Of a stretch of DNA of 64,000 nucleotides, positions 1 to 11,911 are shown one piece after another; the stretch's first letter is position 1; every line of letters starts with the position of its first letter. The translations under genes and the position numbers were made by a program. Origin of the DNA: Mobula hypostoma. Taxonomy: Eukaryota. The notes beneath the pieces were generated by a model. That model was not told the origin of the DNA. It saw only the letters and a list, made by a program, of their open reading frames with translations, and did not search any database. The DNA is taken from NCBI RefSeq assembly GCF_963921235.1, contig NC_086097.1:70434001-70498000 (forward strand), given 5' to 3'.

Positions 1-172
1 CCACCTTTTTATTCTGGCATCTTCCCCCTTCCTTTCCAGTTCTGAAGAAGGGGCTCAGCCAAAAACGTCAACTGTTGTTCATCTCCATAGATGCTGCCTG
101 ACCTGCTGAGTTGCTCCAGCATGTTGTGCGTGTCACTTTTGAATTTCTGCATCTGCAGAATTGTTCTTGTTT
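1..172 (+). mobile_element. Penelope-like element 3' end with degenerate hammerhead motif
   Basis: CTGAAGA-AGGGGCTCAGCC-AAAAACGTCAACTG followed by the AGATGCTGCCTGACCTGCTGAG...TTTCTGCATCTGCAGAA tail shared with 2692-2826. Confidence 0.8.
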
Positions 173-714
173 ATGTAATAGGTCATGACTGTTTATGTAG
201 CTTGGGTTCGTTTTTTTTTTAGTTTCCCTTTATTTTTTTCTCTCCGTATGGTCCATGATTGCTACAATAGTTTACTGCCAGAGAGGTCTAGTCTTCTTGT
301 ACATTTGTGGAAAATAGCAATTGTGTTTGAAATGAAATAAAAACCCATGAGAAATGGCAGAGGTAACTGAGGGTTATCTAGGTCCATTTTCGCTGGGGCT
401 TGAATATTGCAAAAAAAAACACTTTGGATTAAATAACACTTTCCCAAACTCATGATGTTCTAGAGGACTTTACAAACTAAATATTTCCCTTTAAGTGTAA
501 TCTCTTGTAATTTGGAATCAAATACAAATGTAAGGCTGAGGAGAGTTTAGGTTAGATTAGGATATTAGAAAACTGCCAAAGGCTGAACACTAGGTGAATA
601 TGAAAGAAGAAACTCAACAACATAAAGCTAGAAATAATCAATTTTGGTACAGTCAACATGCATCAAAGTTGCTGGTGAACGCAGCAGGCCAGGCAGCATC
701 TCTAGGAAGAGGTA

Positions 715-751
715 CAGTCGACGTTTCAGGCCGAGACCCTTCGTCAGGACT
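715..751 (-). ncRNA. Minimal type-I hammerhead ribozyme motif, intact core
   Basis: Minus strand reads AGUC-CUGACGA-AGG GUCUCGG CCU-GAAA-CGUC/GACUG: core boxes, stem II, helix I AGUC/GACU, palindromic ACGU stem III. Confidence 0.85.
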
Positions 752-1610
752 AACTGAAAGAAGAAATAATAAGATTTGAAAGTGGGAGGGGGAGGAGGAG
801 ATCCAAAATGATAGGAGAAGACAGGAGGGGGAGGGATGGAGCCAAGAGCTGGACAGGTGATTGGCAAAAGGGATATGAGAGGATCATGGGACAGGAGGAC
901 CGGGGAGAAAGACAAGGGCGGGGGGGAACCCAGAGGATGGGCAAGGGGTATAGTCAGAGGGACAGAGGGAAAGAAAGGAGAGTGAGAGGAAGAATGTGTG
1001 CATAAAAATGAGTAACAGATGGAGTACGAGGGGGAGGTGGGCCATAAGCGGAAGTTAGAGAAGTCAATGTTCATGCCATCAGTTTGGAGGCTACCCAGAT
1101 GGAATATAAGGTGTTGTTCCTCCAACCTGAGTGTGGCTTCATCTTTACAGTAGAGGAGGCCGTGGATAGACACGTCAGAATGGGAATGGGATGTGGAATT
1201 AAAATGTGTGGCCACTGGGAGATCCTGCTTTCTCTGGCAGGTGTTCAGCAAAGCGGTCTCCCAGTCTGCGTCGGGTCTCGCCAATATATAAAAGGCCACA
1301 TCGGGAGCACCGGACGCAGTATATCACCCCAGCCGACTCACAGGTGAAGTGTCGCCTCACCTGGAAGGACTGTCTGGGGCCCTGAATGGTGGTGAGGGAG
1401 GAAGTGTAAGGGCATGTGTAGCACTTGTTCCGCTTACAAGGATAAGTGCCAGGAGGGAGATCCGTGGGGAGGGATGGGAGGGACGAATGGACAAGGGAGT
1501 CACGTAGGGAGCGATCCCTGCGGAAAGCAGAGGGCGGGAGGGAAAGATGTGCTTAGTGGTGGGATCCCGTTGGAGGTGGCGGAATTTATGGAGAATAATA
1601 TGTTGGACCC

Positions 1611-2396
1611 TCCGCATCTGCTCTCAGGATGAGGCCTTTCATTCCAGGACGAGGGAGATGTCCTCCTTTTTTAAAGAAAGGGGCTTCCCTTCCTCCACCA
1701 TCAGCTCTGCTCTCAAATGCATCTCCCCCATTTCACGCACATCTGCTCTCACTCCATCCTCCCGCCACCCCACTAGGAATAGGGTTCCCCTTGTCCTCAC
1801 CTACCACCCTACCAGCCTCCGGGTCCAACATATAATGCTCCGTAACTTCCGCCACCTCCAATGGGATCCCACCACTAAGCACATCTTTCCCTCCCCCCCC
1901 TGCTTTCCGCAGGGATCGCTCCCTACGTGACTCCCTTGTCCATTCGTCCCCACCATCCCTCCCCACGGATCTCCCTCCTGGCACTTATCCTTGTAAGCGG
2001 AACAAGTGCTACACATGCCCTTACACTTCCTCCCTCACCACCATTCAGGGCCCCAGACAGTCCTTCCAGGTGAGGTGACACTTCACCTGTGAGTCGGCAG
2101 GGGTGATATACTGCGTCCGGTGCTCCCAATGTGGCCTTCTATATATTGGCGAGACCCGACGCAGACTGGGAGACCGCTTTGCTGAACACCTATGCTCTGT
2201 CTGCCAGAGAAAGCAGGATCTCCCAGTAGCCACATATTTTAATTCCACATCCCATTCCCATTCTGACATGTCTATCCACGGCCTCCTCTACTGTAAAGGT
2301 GAAGCCACACTCAGGTTGGAGGAACAACACCTTATATTCCATCTGGGTAGCCTCCACCCTGATGGCATGAACATTGACTTCTCTAACTTCCGCTAA
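1611..2396 (+). pseudogene. Penelope ORF C-terminus: RT end, Cys-rich linker, GIY-YIG endonuclease (frameshifted, with stop)
   Basis: RICSQDEAF...RVPLVLTYHP; linker PCKRNKCYTC; IYCVRCSQCGLLYIGETRRRLGDRFAEHL...GMNIDFSNFR* (2103-2396). Confidence 0.9.
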
Positions 2397-2691
2397 TGCC
2401 CCACCTCCCCCTCGTACCCCATCTGTTATTTATTTTTATACACACATTCTTTCTTTCTCTCTCTCTCTTTTCTCTCCCTCTGTCCCTCTAACTATACACC
2501 TTGCCCATCCTCTGTGTCCCCTCCCTTGTCTTTCTCCCTGGGCCTCCTGTCCCATGTTCCTCTCATACCCCCTTTGCCAATCACCTGTCCAGCTCTTGGC
2601 TCCATCCCTCCCCCTCCTGTCTTCTCCTATCATTTTGGATCTCCCCCTCCCCCTCCCACTTTCAAATCTCTTACTAACTCTTCCTTTGGTT

Positions 2692-2728
2692 AGTCCTGAT
2701 GAAGGATCTCGGCCTGAAACGTCGACTG
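2692..2728 (+). ncRNA. Minimal type-I hammerhead ribozyme motif, intact core
   Basis: AGUC-CUGAUGA-AGG AUCUCGG CCU-GAAA-CGUC/GACUG; predicted cleavage after C2723. Confidence 0.85.
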
Positions 2729-3065
2729 TACCTCTTCCTAGAGATGCTGCCTGGCCTGCTGCATTCACCAGCAACTTTGATGTGTGTTGCTTGAATTTCC
2801 AGCGTCTGCAGAATTCCTGTTGTTTGAATTTTGGTACAGTACTAGCTTGCCACTAATTCAATCCCCTGTGCAGCATTTTCTCAGGAAACTGGACCGTACA
2901 GAATCTTGCATTTAAATTCTCCACCTGACATCACGACAACATTCCACCTCCTCAATAGTTTGGTTCTTTCAGTGTTGAAACTCTTCCATTATTTTATTTT
3001 TGTCCTTAAACCTGAAAGATATTGTCTCATCCTACTCTAAGTGCTGTTTACCCTTAAATTATGTT

Positions 3066-3385
3066 CAGAATCAGAATCAGGTTTAATATCACCAACATAT
3101 GTTGTGAAATTTGTTAACTTAGTGACAGCAGTACCTGATAAATGGAGAAAAAAATAATTAAATTATTTACAGTAAGTATTTATATGTAAATTAAACAGTT
3201 AAATTAAAAATAGTAATGCAAAAACAGAAATAATAAAAATTGAGGTAGTGATCATGGTTTCAATGTCCATTTAGAAATCGGATGGCTGAGGTTATGAAGT
3301 TGTTCCTGAATCGCTGAGTGTGAACCTTCAGGCTTCAGTACCTCCTTCCTGACGGTAACAATGAGAAGTGGGCACGTCCTGGGAG
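3066..3385 (-). mobile_element. Rex-Babar-like LINE 3' end
   Basis: CAGAATCAGAATCAGG tail and remnant of the PGRAHFSLLPSGRRY-type C-terminus on the minus strand. Confidence 0.7.
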
Positions 3386-3524
3386 ACATCTGTATTATTA
3401 CCTGGTTTGCCTAATATATATAAAGCTCAAAATCTTTGTCCTCATTTCAAAATATCTAATAGGAATATAGAAAAATAGGAGCAAGAGTAAGCCAAGGAAA
3501 ATTTACCAATTCCTTTGTGAGTGT

Positions 3525-3610
3525 GTTCAAGTTCAAGTTTAATTGTCATTCAACCATTGACAGGAATACAGCAAAATGAAACATTGTTCATTTGGGGCCA
3601 AGGTGCAATA
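3525..3610 (-). repeat. 3' end of the non-coding repeat family seen at 6623-7390
   Basis: GTTCAAGTTCAAGTTTAATTGTCATTCAACC...GGGGCCAAGG resembles the reverse complement of 7308-7390. Confidence 0.6.
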
Positions 3611-3799
3611 TGCAGTAGCAACAGTCACATGCATCACCCAGCATGTAGAGCACGTATAATTATGAGATCAGAAAAACATACAGTTACTATAATAATAGTA
3701 GAGTCCAAGTTCAACTACAGCTCTCTGTGTAGTGAATCCTTAGGTTCACTAGACTCTGAATGATACTGCTCTTCATCTCAGTTCTAAGTGCCTTCTCTA

Positions 3800-4370
3800 T
3801 ACCATAAGGCTGTGATGCCCAACCATGGAAATCATCCTCCAGTCTATCTAGGCTTGAATAAAATTTTGGAAGTTTCAATGAGATCCCCTCTCATTCTTTT
3901 AAACTATAGTCAATTCCAAACCTTAATAGCTTAATTTTTCCTCGTACAGCAGGAATAAGTCTGGTGAACTTTCACTGAAATACTTCTCTGGCAAGTATAT
4001 TCTTTTTTTTTAAAAGATCAAAACTGCGCACAAGAGGTGGCCCCACCAAAGCCCTGTATAATTATATCAAGACACCTTTGTTCCTGTAGTCAAATCTTTT
4101 CTCAGCATACTGAGATACCACTTACTTTCTTAAATAATATGCTGCACATGGATGTTTGCTTTTAATGACTGAAGTACAGAAACACCGGAATTTAGGTACA
4201 TCAGTATTTCCCAATCCAACATCAATTAAAAGAAGATCTGCCTTTCTGGTTTTTTCCCCATAATGGATAAATTTATAATTATACATGTTATATTGGTTTT
4301 GGCAAGGTTTTTCCCACTCAATCTGTTTAAATCTATTTGGATACTTCGCAATTCTACCTTTTTGTTTCAA
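3800..4370 (-). mobile_element. Old CR1 LINE fragment
   Basis: Degenerate similarity to the CR1 RT C-terminal region at 14300-14900. Confidence 0.6.
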
Positions 4371-4644
4371 GTTTGCCTAAAATATCCACACACTCTTTCA
4401 ATCTTATACTTTGCCTGAACTCTCCTATTCTACCACTTTGCGTTTACTTCACTATTAATGACCCAGGTTTCAGCCCCTTTGATTCTATTCATTGAATCAC
4501 TGCCCTTGACTTCTGGACCTCACATTCCTCTAAGCCAATAACTCAGTCTGGGTAACTGCTCATAGTCTTTTCCCTCCTAAACCAGATCTCATGTATTCTA
4601 GGAAAGTAAAGACTCTTCCATTGATGGTCCATTTAGAATACAGA

Positions 4645-4897
4645 TAATGACAAATTTATTTAGCTAGAGGGTGGTGAATCTGTGGAATTAGTTGCCACAG
4701 TTGTCTGATGGGGACAAATCATCGGGTATATTTAAAGCAGAAGTTGATAGGTCCTTGATTAGTAAGGGTGTCAAAGTTTATGGGGAGAAGGCAGGAGAAT
4801 GGAGTTGAGAGGGATAATAAATCAACTATGATTGAATGTCAGAGCAGACTTGATGGGCTGAACAGCCTAATTCTGCTCCTATGTGTTATGGTCTATG
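4645..4897 (+). mobile_element. CR1 LINE 3' end
   Basis: AGAGGGTGGTGAATCTGTGGAAT...CCTAATTCTGCTCCTATGTGTTATGGTCT terminus. Confidence 0.75.
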
Positions 4898-4960
4898 AAG
4901 GTGTCAGAATTGATGGGTGGGTTAGTTAGTTTTTTGTGTACACCTGGGCTTGAGGTTCCC

Positions 4961-5800
4961 AAGAACATAGAACATAGAAATTTACAGCACACTACAGGCC
5001 CTTCAGCCTACAATGTTGCGCTGAATTTGCAAATCATACCAGAAACTGCCCAGAAACCTATCTAAGAGGCTCTTAAAAGACCCTATTGTATCCACCCATC
5101 TGACTTACAGTGGACTGAAATGCTTCAGTCCACTGTAAGTCACTAAGAAAGAGGATGCGCTGGAGCTTTTGACAGATAGCTAAATCGCTGGGATATACCC
5201 CAGGCTACTGTGTGAAGCGAGGAAGGTGATTGATGAGCCTCTGGTGATGCTCTTTGCATCACAATAGGGATGGGAGAACTACCAGAGGATTGGAAGGTTG
5301 CAAATGTTGTTCCCTTGTTCAAGAAAGGGAGTAGAGATAACCCAGGAAATTATAGAGTAGTGAGTCTGACTTCAGTGGTGGGCAAGTTGTTGGAGAAGAT
5401 CCTGAGAGGCAGGATTTATGAGCATTTGGAGAGACATAATCTGATTAGGGAGAGTCAGCATGGCTTTGTCAAAGGCAGGTCATGCCTTAGAAGCCTAATT
5501 GAATTCTTTGAGGAGGCAACAAGCCACATTGATGAAGGTAGAACAGTGGATGTTGTGTTTAAGGATTTCAGTAAGGCACTTGATAAGGTTCCCCATGCGA
5601 GGGTCATTCAGAAAGTAAGGAGGCATGAAATCAAAGGATTCAGAATTGGCTTGCCCACAGGAGGCAAAGGGTGGTTGTAGATGGTTCATATTCTGCATGG
5701 AGGACGGTGACCAGTGGTGCTCTGCTGGATTTGTTGTGGGACACCTCCTCTTTGTGATTTTTATAAGTGACTTGGATGAGGAAGTAGAAGGGGGGGGTTA
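4961..5800. mobile_element. CR1 pieces: 3' tail on - (4961-5095) and RT fragment on + (~5170-5800)
   Basis: AACATAGAACATAG tail; ORF 5270-5680 PEDWKVANVVPLFKKG...QHGFVKGRSC...DFSKALDKVPH. Confidence 0.85.
5101..5142. repeat. Perfect 19-bp inverted repeat with 4-nt loop
   Basis: TGACTTACAGTGGACTGAA-ATGC-TTCAGTCCACTGTAAGTCA. Confidence 0.95.
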
Positions 5801-5879
5801 GAACATCCTCCACTTTGAGGGTCAAAACTGAGAGATTTCCACGAGTCAGTTGGGATGTTGAATTATCTTCAAGCAGGCT

Positions 5880-6520
5880 TTGAGTACATTTTCACATTAC
5901 ATTCCATGCGTTATGCGTTCATCCATACCCTCAACCTGTCTATATCCTCCTGAAGCCTCTATGCATCCTGTTCACAAATTTGCCACCGAACTTTGTAACA
6001 CCAGGAAACTTGGACATATTCCCTTACCCGAATCATTGACATGAGTTGTGACAGCTGACGGTCAGCACTTAACCTCTGCAAAATCCCACTGCTTTTATCC
6101 TGACTTGAAAGTTACCCATTTATTCCTCCTTTTTGTTTATGTCCATTAACACACTTTCAATGGATGCCAGTATTCACCCTAAATCAGGACTTCCCAAGCA
6201 GGGGTCCACCGATCCTATGTTTATTGGTAATGGTCCATCGCATAAAAAAGGTTGGGAAACCCTGCCCTAAATAAATGCCATACATTCCAATCTTGTTAAT
6301 TAATCCCCAATATGGAAACTTATCAATAGCCTCCTGAAAGTCTAAATGGACCACAGGTAGTTCCTTTGTAATATCCTCAAAAACACTAATATAGTTGACA
6401 AATGCAACTTAATATATCCCTGTAGATTTAGAGCAATCATACTAGTTTTTTTCTAAATGCCTTGTTTCCAAATGATAAATTAGTGATAATAATATCACTA
6501 AGCTTCTGATATCATGCTAA
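5880..6520 (-). mobile_element. Old CR1 RT fragment interrupted by a MITE
   Basis: Degenerate match to CR1 RT (e.g. AATAGCCTCCTGAAAGTCTAAAT, reverse complement of the LDFQEA region). Confidence 0.55.
6185..6264. mobile_element. 80-bp hAT/Charlie-type MITE
   Basis: Imperfect TIRs CAGGACTTCCCAAGC / GGTTGGGAAACCCTG; exact 8-bp TSD CCCTAAAT at 6177-6184 and 6265-6272. Confidence 0.85.
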
Positions 6521-6622
6521 GTGATTTCCTCTCTCTCTCTCCTTGGATATTTCCACACAATTTCTTGGGAATGTTGATAGAATTCTTCACTATGGCTTTA
6601 TGATAAGGTTCCTTGATTGCTG

Positions 6623-7390
6623 GTAAGATGGCAGTGCGCTCGGATGCAGCGGCCTCTCCAGGTGCGACCAAAGGTGTTATTGTATTTTTTAGATGTCTTT
6701 CTTATGATTGCAAGACATTGCTGGACATTAAGAACTTCACGTACTGCAAGTCTACCCCATCAGCAAATTATTTGATAGCAGGGTAGCTGGAGGAACTGGA
6801 TTTGATCAGGACCGTGCTGCAGCCTGCTACAGAAAGGCGTTGGAGTTGGTGCACAAAGGTGACACGCAGTCTAACAGCGGTTGATTGTCTCGGATGTCTT
6901 TCTTGTGATCACAAGACCCTGTCGGACATTGATAATGTCGAATACTGGAAGTCCGGTCCACCGGTTCGGTGGCCTCAGCTGTAGTGTGGATGAGGCCCCA
7001 AGCCACGGTGTCGCCTGTTGCGGTCGTCCAGGAGAGGGAATGCTGGAGGTGGCATGGCACGGTGTCCGTGCTGGGCTGGGAGCTTGTCCCTCTCGTCAGT
7101 ACTGCTCTCCAGTGTTCGCAAGGTGGAAGACAATCTGAATAGCGTTCGTTTGTAAACTGCTGCAGGCTTGTTCTCACCGACAACGTCCATGCACCATCAA
7201 CCCACAGGACATAACTCGCAGGGATTGGGCTATATTATATTTTTTTTGTGTGACTGTATGTAACTGCTATCTTATACTATGTACAACTGTTAGTATTGTG
7301 ATTCACGCCTTGGCCCCAGAGGACCACTGTTTCGTTTGGCTGTAATGCAAGGGTTTTCAGGTTGAATAACAATTAAGCTTGAACTTGAAT
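6623..7390 (+). mobile_element. Unclassified non-autonomous retroposon-like repeat
   Basis: GC-rich block starting near AAGATGGC; internal ~45-bp direct repeat (~6692, ~6893); CTTGAA-repeat tail; related 3' end at 3525-3610. Confidence 0.5.
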
Positions 7391-7449
7391 TACACAGAAA
7401 GAGATCGTGGAAGCTTAAACAAAGATAATTAATACACTTGTTGCATTAG

Positions 7450-7545
7450 CTCCATTTTCTCTCTTCTCAGATGCTACCTGAACTGCTGAATATTTCCACT
7501 ATTCTCTTTTTTTATTTCAGATTTCCAGCATCTGTAGCTTTGTTC
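7450..7545 (+). mobile_element. Old Penelope-type 3' tail
   Basis: AGATGCTACCTGAACTGCTGAATATTTCC...GATTTCCAGCATCTGTAG. Confidence 0.6.
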
Positions 7546-10500
7546 ATTTTTCAAATATGAGCTCCTTGTCTGCCACTCTCTTTGAAGAATGAACGGGTTC
7601 TGTGGTGTTTCTTTGTTTCATGGCTGCCTTTGGGAGGACAAATCTCACAGTTGTAGTCTTTACACATACTTTGATAATAAATGGACTTTGAATCTTTGAG
7701 AGAAGATGTGCAATAAAAAAGCACAGAGAACAATAAAGAATTCATGTAAGCCATCAGAAAAATTAATAAAGGATAAGGGAGCTTTAGAATTATGTTCTTA
7801 TCTTTGGGAAGATTTTAACACCTTGCAATAATATAGAATTGGAACCTTAATTAGCTTTGAGACAAGGAACATATTGCAACTGAGGCAAAAGCACGATCAG
7901 ATCTCCAAAATAACCTGGAGTGACATTAGTCCTACAGAGATACTGTAATGATGTTTCTAGTAAAAATATATATTAATCAGCTTAAATAGCAGAGTGAAAT
8001 TAACACAATTCTTACTACTTAGAAATTCAAACCATTACATTTGGTTCATGTTAATATCTGTAATTTTAATGGAGCAGGCATTGTGTGAGTTGGCTCGGAA
8101 GTAGAACACTGAAAATTAAGCCCCAGGATCTGTTTGTCTCATTCTATTAAAGTGAAGGGAATTGAAGAAGAAACAGGACAAAATGTCATCTCACTTATAT
8201 TTATAGTTTGAAAATGTTGATTCTGTAACAGAATTAATCTGTATATTGATGAAGTGAAGACATATCTTTCACTCCTGGGATAACTGTGGATATGTTTTAA
8301 CATGTGCAAATTTGCTGGACTGAGTCCAATAAATATAATTATGATCCTTCCCTTCTTTATGCAGTTTCCGTGTGCTCACTAACAAATGGTTTATTCACAG
8401 TAAAATCTGAAACAAATTGTAGCTTTATAGTTCAGTGCATATAATATAAAGATGTAAAATACTTTCAAGCCTTAGAATAGCAGACAAGTGCCCACATAGG
8501 GTAACACTTGGGAACACTGGTGAGGCTAGCACTGCATAGATTAACATGAAATTGTTTTCAAAAATAAACATGAATTTTCCTCGCTGTAAATCAGAAAAAA
8601 ACAACTGTTAATAATATATGCTTCTGGCAGTCAGTGCTGAAATTAATAGTCACCTCTGACTCAAGTTTCCTAAGGGAAATTTACCACCATGAATTCATCT
8701 TTGAAACAGATTTAAAAGTATTGGCCAGGATTTTGTAGCTGTATGATGGCAAAGCTGCTCATGCTGGTCACTGTTATACTACGAAAGTGACAGCAACTTC
8801 TGGGATACACACATGTACCATATACCTAAACGTGAGAACCCAGAAGTTGTATTCAGTGATATTCTACTCACTCTTAACCGTGCATTAAGTAATAGTTACT
8901 GATCACCTCTCCAGCCCAGAAAAATGAATTTCACGTGTGGAGTCTGATTTGCTTTTAAGAATCAGAGAATGGCATGACATGGTTCTCCATGCCCATGCTG
9001 AACATTAATCACCCATTTATGCTATTTCTACATGATCACTCTTTAAAACTTCCCCTCATTCCATTAAATCTTATGAATTACCATGGCACCAGAAATGAAT
9101 TTTTGACATGATGCTCATCACATGTTATTGAAATCGGTTGGAATAGTACTGGTATATTTAAGTATTCACCTTTGTTCTCATTCATGCAACCCAGGGTAGG
9201 TGAATGATAATAAACTGCTACTCTTGTCTCGTCTTACTTTTCCCTAGTTGCCCCTTGATCCTTGTGAATCTGTTGGCATTTGTTTGGTCTGTAGGTTTAA
9301 CCTTCAATATTTTTGTACTGGCAAATCTTTCTCACCTGATGGACAGAGCTATGCTTGATATCTGTTGTAGTCATTGATGTGCAGTGCATTCTGACTTTTG
9401 GGAGATCAATCTTAATTTAATTTGTAATTATGAAATGGAAGCAGATTAAAAAGGAAATGTGGAACAAATAAATTACTGAGCTAGGTATGAATGCTGTTGA
9501 ACAATGGACAAAAATATACACAATATTGTCAACCAGTTAGTGAAGCTTCTGAAGAAGCTATTCTCAACTATCTCAGAACATAGCCTCAGATCGTTCGTGA
9601 ACTTTGTGCAATATTATTGCCATTGTTCTTTTATGTCGTTCAAGTGTTGACTCTGTCACTATCACTGTTCCATTGTGGTCAATTGTCCTGAGCATTTTGC
9701 GCACAGGAGTGAGATCGATCAGTTGGCTGAATGGTGTCACAACAACAACCTTGCACTCAGTGTCAGTAAGATCAAGGAATTGATTGATAGGAAGGGGAGG
9801 TCAAGGGAGCACACACAAGTGTTCTCATCGAGGAATCAGTGGTGAAAAGGTGAGCAGTTTCAAGTTCCTGGGTGTCAACATCTCAGAGGATCTACCCTGG
9901 GCCCAACGTATTGATGCAATTACGAAGAATGCTTGACAGCGGCTGTATTTCCTTATGAGTTTAAGGGGATTTATTATGTCACCAAAGACTCTAGCAAATT
10001 TCTACAGATATATCGTGGAGAGCATTCTAACTGGTTGCATCACCATCTGGTATGAAGGGGCAACTGCACGGGATCAGAAAAAGCTGCAGAAAGCTGCAAA
10101 CTCAGCCAGCTCTATCATGGGCACTGGCCTCCCTAGTATCAAGGACATTTTCAAAAGGTGGTGCCTCAAAAAGGACCCCCAGCATCCAGCAAAAAGGACC
10201 CCCAGCATCCAGGACATGTCCTCTTCCCATTGCTACCATCAAGGAGCAGGTGAAGGAGTTTGAAGCCACACAATCAGTATTTTAGAAACAACTTCTTCCC
10301 CTCTGCCATCAGATTTCTGAATCGACCGTGAACACATTTTAATTTTGTTTTGCACTATACTGTTGCACAAAATAATACATTTCACGACATAAGGTGATAA
10401 GACATAGGGGCAGAATTACACCATTTGGCCCATCGAGTCTGCTCTGCCATTCAATCAAGGCTGATCCTCTTTTCCCCTCCTCAGTCCCACTCCCAGCCTT

Positions 10501-11216
10501 CTCCCCACAACCTTCAATCCCATGTCCAATCAAGAACCTATCAAATTCTGCCTTAAATACACCCAACAACCTGGCCTCCACAGTTGTCTGTGGTAATAAA
10601 TTCCACATATTCACCACCCTCTGGCTAAAGAAATTTTTCTGCATCTCTGTTTTAAATGGATGTCCCTCAATTCTGAGGCTGTGCGCTCTTGTCCTAGACT
10701 CTACCACCATGGGAAACATCCTTTCCACATCTACTCTTTCCAGGCCTTTCAACATTCAAAAGGTTTCAATGAGATTCCCCTCATCCTTCTGAATTCTAGT
10801 GAGTACAGAGCGAGAGCTATCGAATGTTCCTCCTATGAAAACCATTTCATTTCTGGAATCAACTCTGTGAAACTCTTCTGGACCCTCCCCAATGCCAGCA
10901 CATCTTTTCTAAGATGAAGGGCTGAAAACCATTCACAATACTCAAGGTGAGGCCTCACCAGTGCCTTATAAAGCCTCAGCATCACACCCTTGCTCTTGTA
11001 TTCTGGACCTCTTGAAATGAATGCTAACATGGCATTTGCCTTCCTCACCACAGACTCAACCTGCAAGCTAACTTTTAGGTGTTCTGCACAAGGACTCCCA
11101 AGTCTCTTTGCATCTCAGATTTTTCAATTTTCTCCCTGCTTAGAAAATAGTCTGTACATTTATTTCTTCTACTAAAGTACATGGCCATGCAGTTTTCAAC
11201 ATTGTATTTCATTTGC

Positions 11217-11538
11217 AAGTGTGGGCACGTGGCCAAGTGGTTAAGGCATTGGAGTAGTGATCTGAAGGTTGTGAGTTCGAGCCCCAGCTGAGGCAGCGTG
11301 TTGTGTCCTTGAGCAAGGCACTTATCTACACAGTGCTCTGCGATGACACTGGTGCCAAGCTGCACTGGCCCTTGCCCTTCCCTTGGACAACATTGGTGTC
11401 ATGGAGAGGGGAGACTTGCAGCATGGGCAACTGCTGGTCTTCCATACAACCCTGCCCAGGCCTGTGCCCTGGAGAGTGAAGACTTTCCAGGTGCAGGTCC
11501 ATGGTCTCGCAAGACTAATGGATGCCTTTAAACTTTAA
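11217..11538 (+). mobile_element. tRNA-derived SINE with CORE-like segment
   Basis: A box TGGCCAAGTGG (11230-11240), B box GAGTTCGAGCC (11273-11283), TGTGTCCTTGAGCAAGGCACTTA (11302-11324); TSD TTT(C/A)ATTTGC. Confidence 0.85.
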
Positions 11539-11911
11539 TTTAATTTGCCATTTTCTTACCCATTCTCCTAATCTGTCTAAGTCCTTCTGCATCCTACCTA
11601 TTTCCTCAACACTACCACCCCCTCCACCAATCTTCGTATCATCTGCAATACATGGCAACAAAGCTAACTATTCCATCATCTAAGTACAGCATAAAAAGAA
11701 GTAGTTCAAACACAGGCCCCTGCGGAACACCACTACTCACTGACAGCCAACCAGAAAAGGATCCTTTAATTCCCAATCGCTGCCTCCTACCAATCAGCCA
11801 ATGCTCTAACCATGTTAGTAATTTTCCTGTAATGCCATGGGCTCTTAACTTGGTAAGCAGCCTCATGTGTAGCACCTTCTCAAGAGCCTTCTGAAAGTCC
11901 AAGTATACAAT

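Larger units (their letters stand above)
654..2826. mobile_element. Penelope-like retroelement, head-to-head palindromic insertion (minus arm 654-1610, plus arm ~1611-2826)
   Basis: 654-1610 is the reverse complement of ~1821-2787; exact 14-bp TSD AATTTTGGTACAGT at 640-653 and 2827-2840; GIY-YIG coding sequence in both arms. Confidence 0.92.

Noticed and set aside
628..1299. 223-aa Pro/Ser-rich ORF and similar ORFs at 2374-2856 and 62348-62762
   Set aside because: Read-through of the pyrimidine-rich Penelope 3' UTR; not host genes
11221..11295. tRNA gene
   Set aside because: No proper acceptor stem and it continues into a SINE body; it is a SINE head
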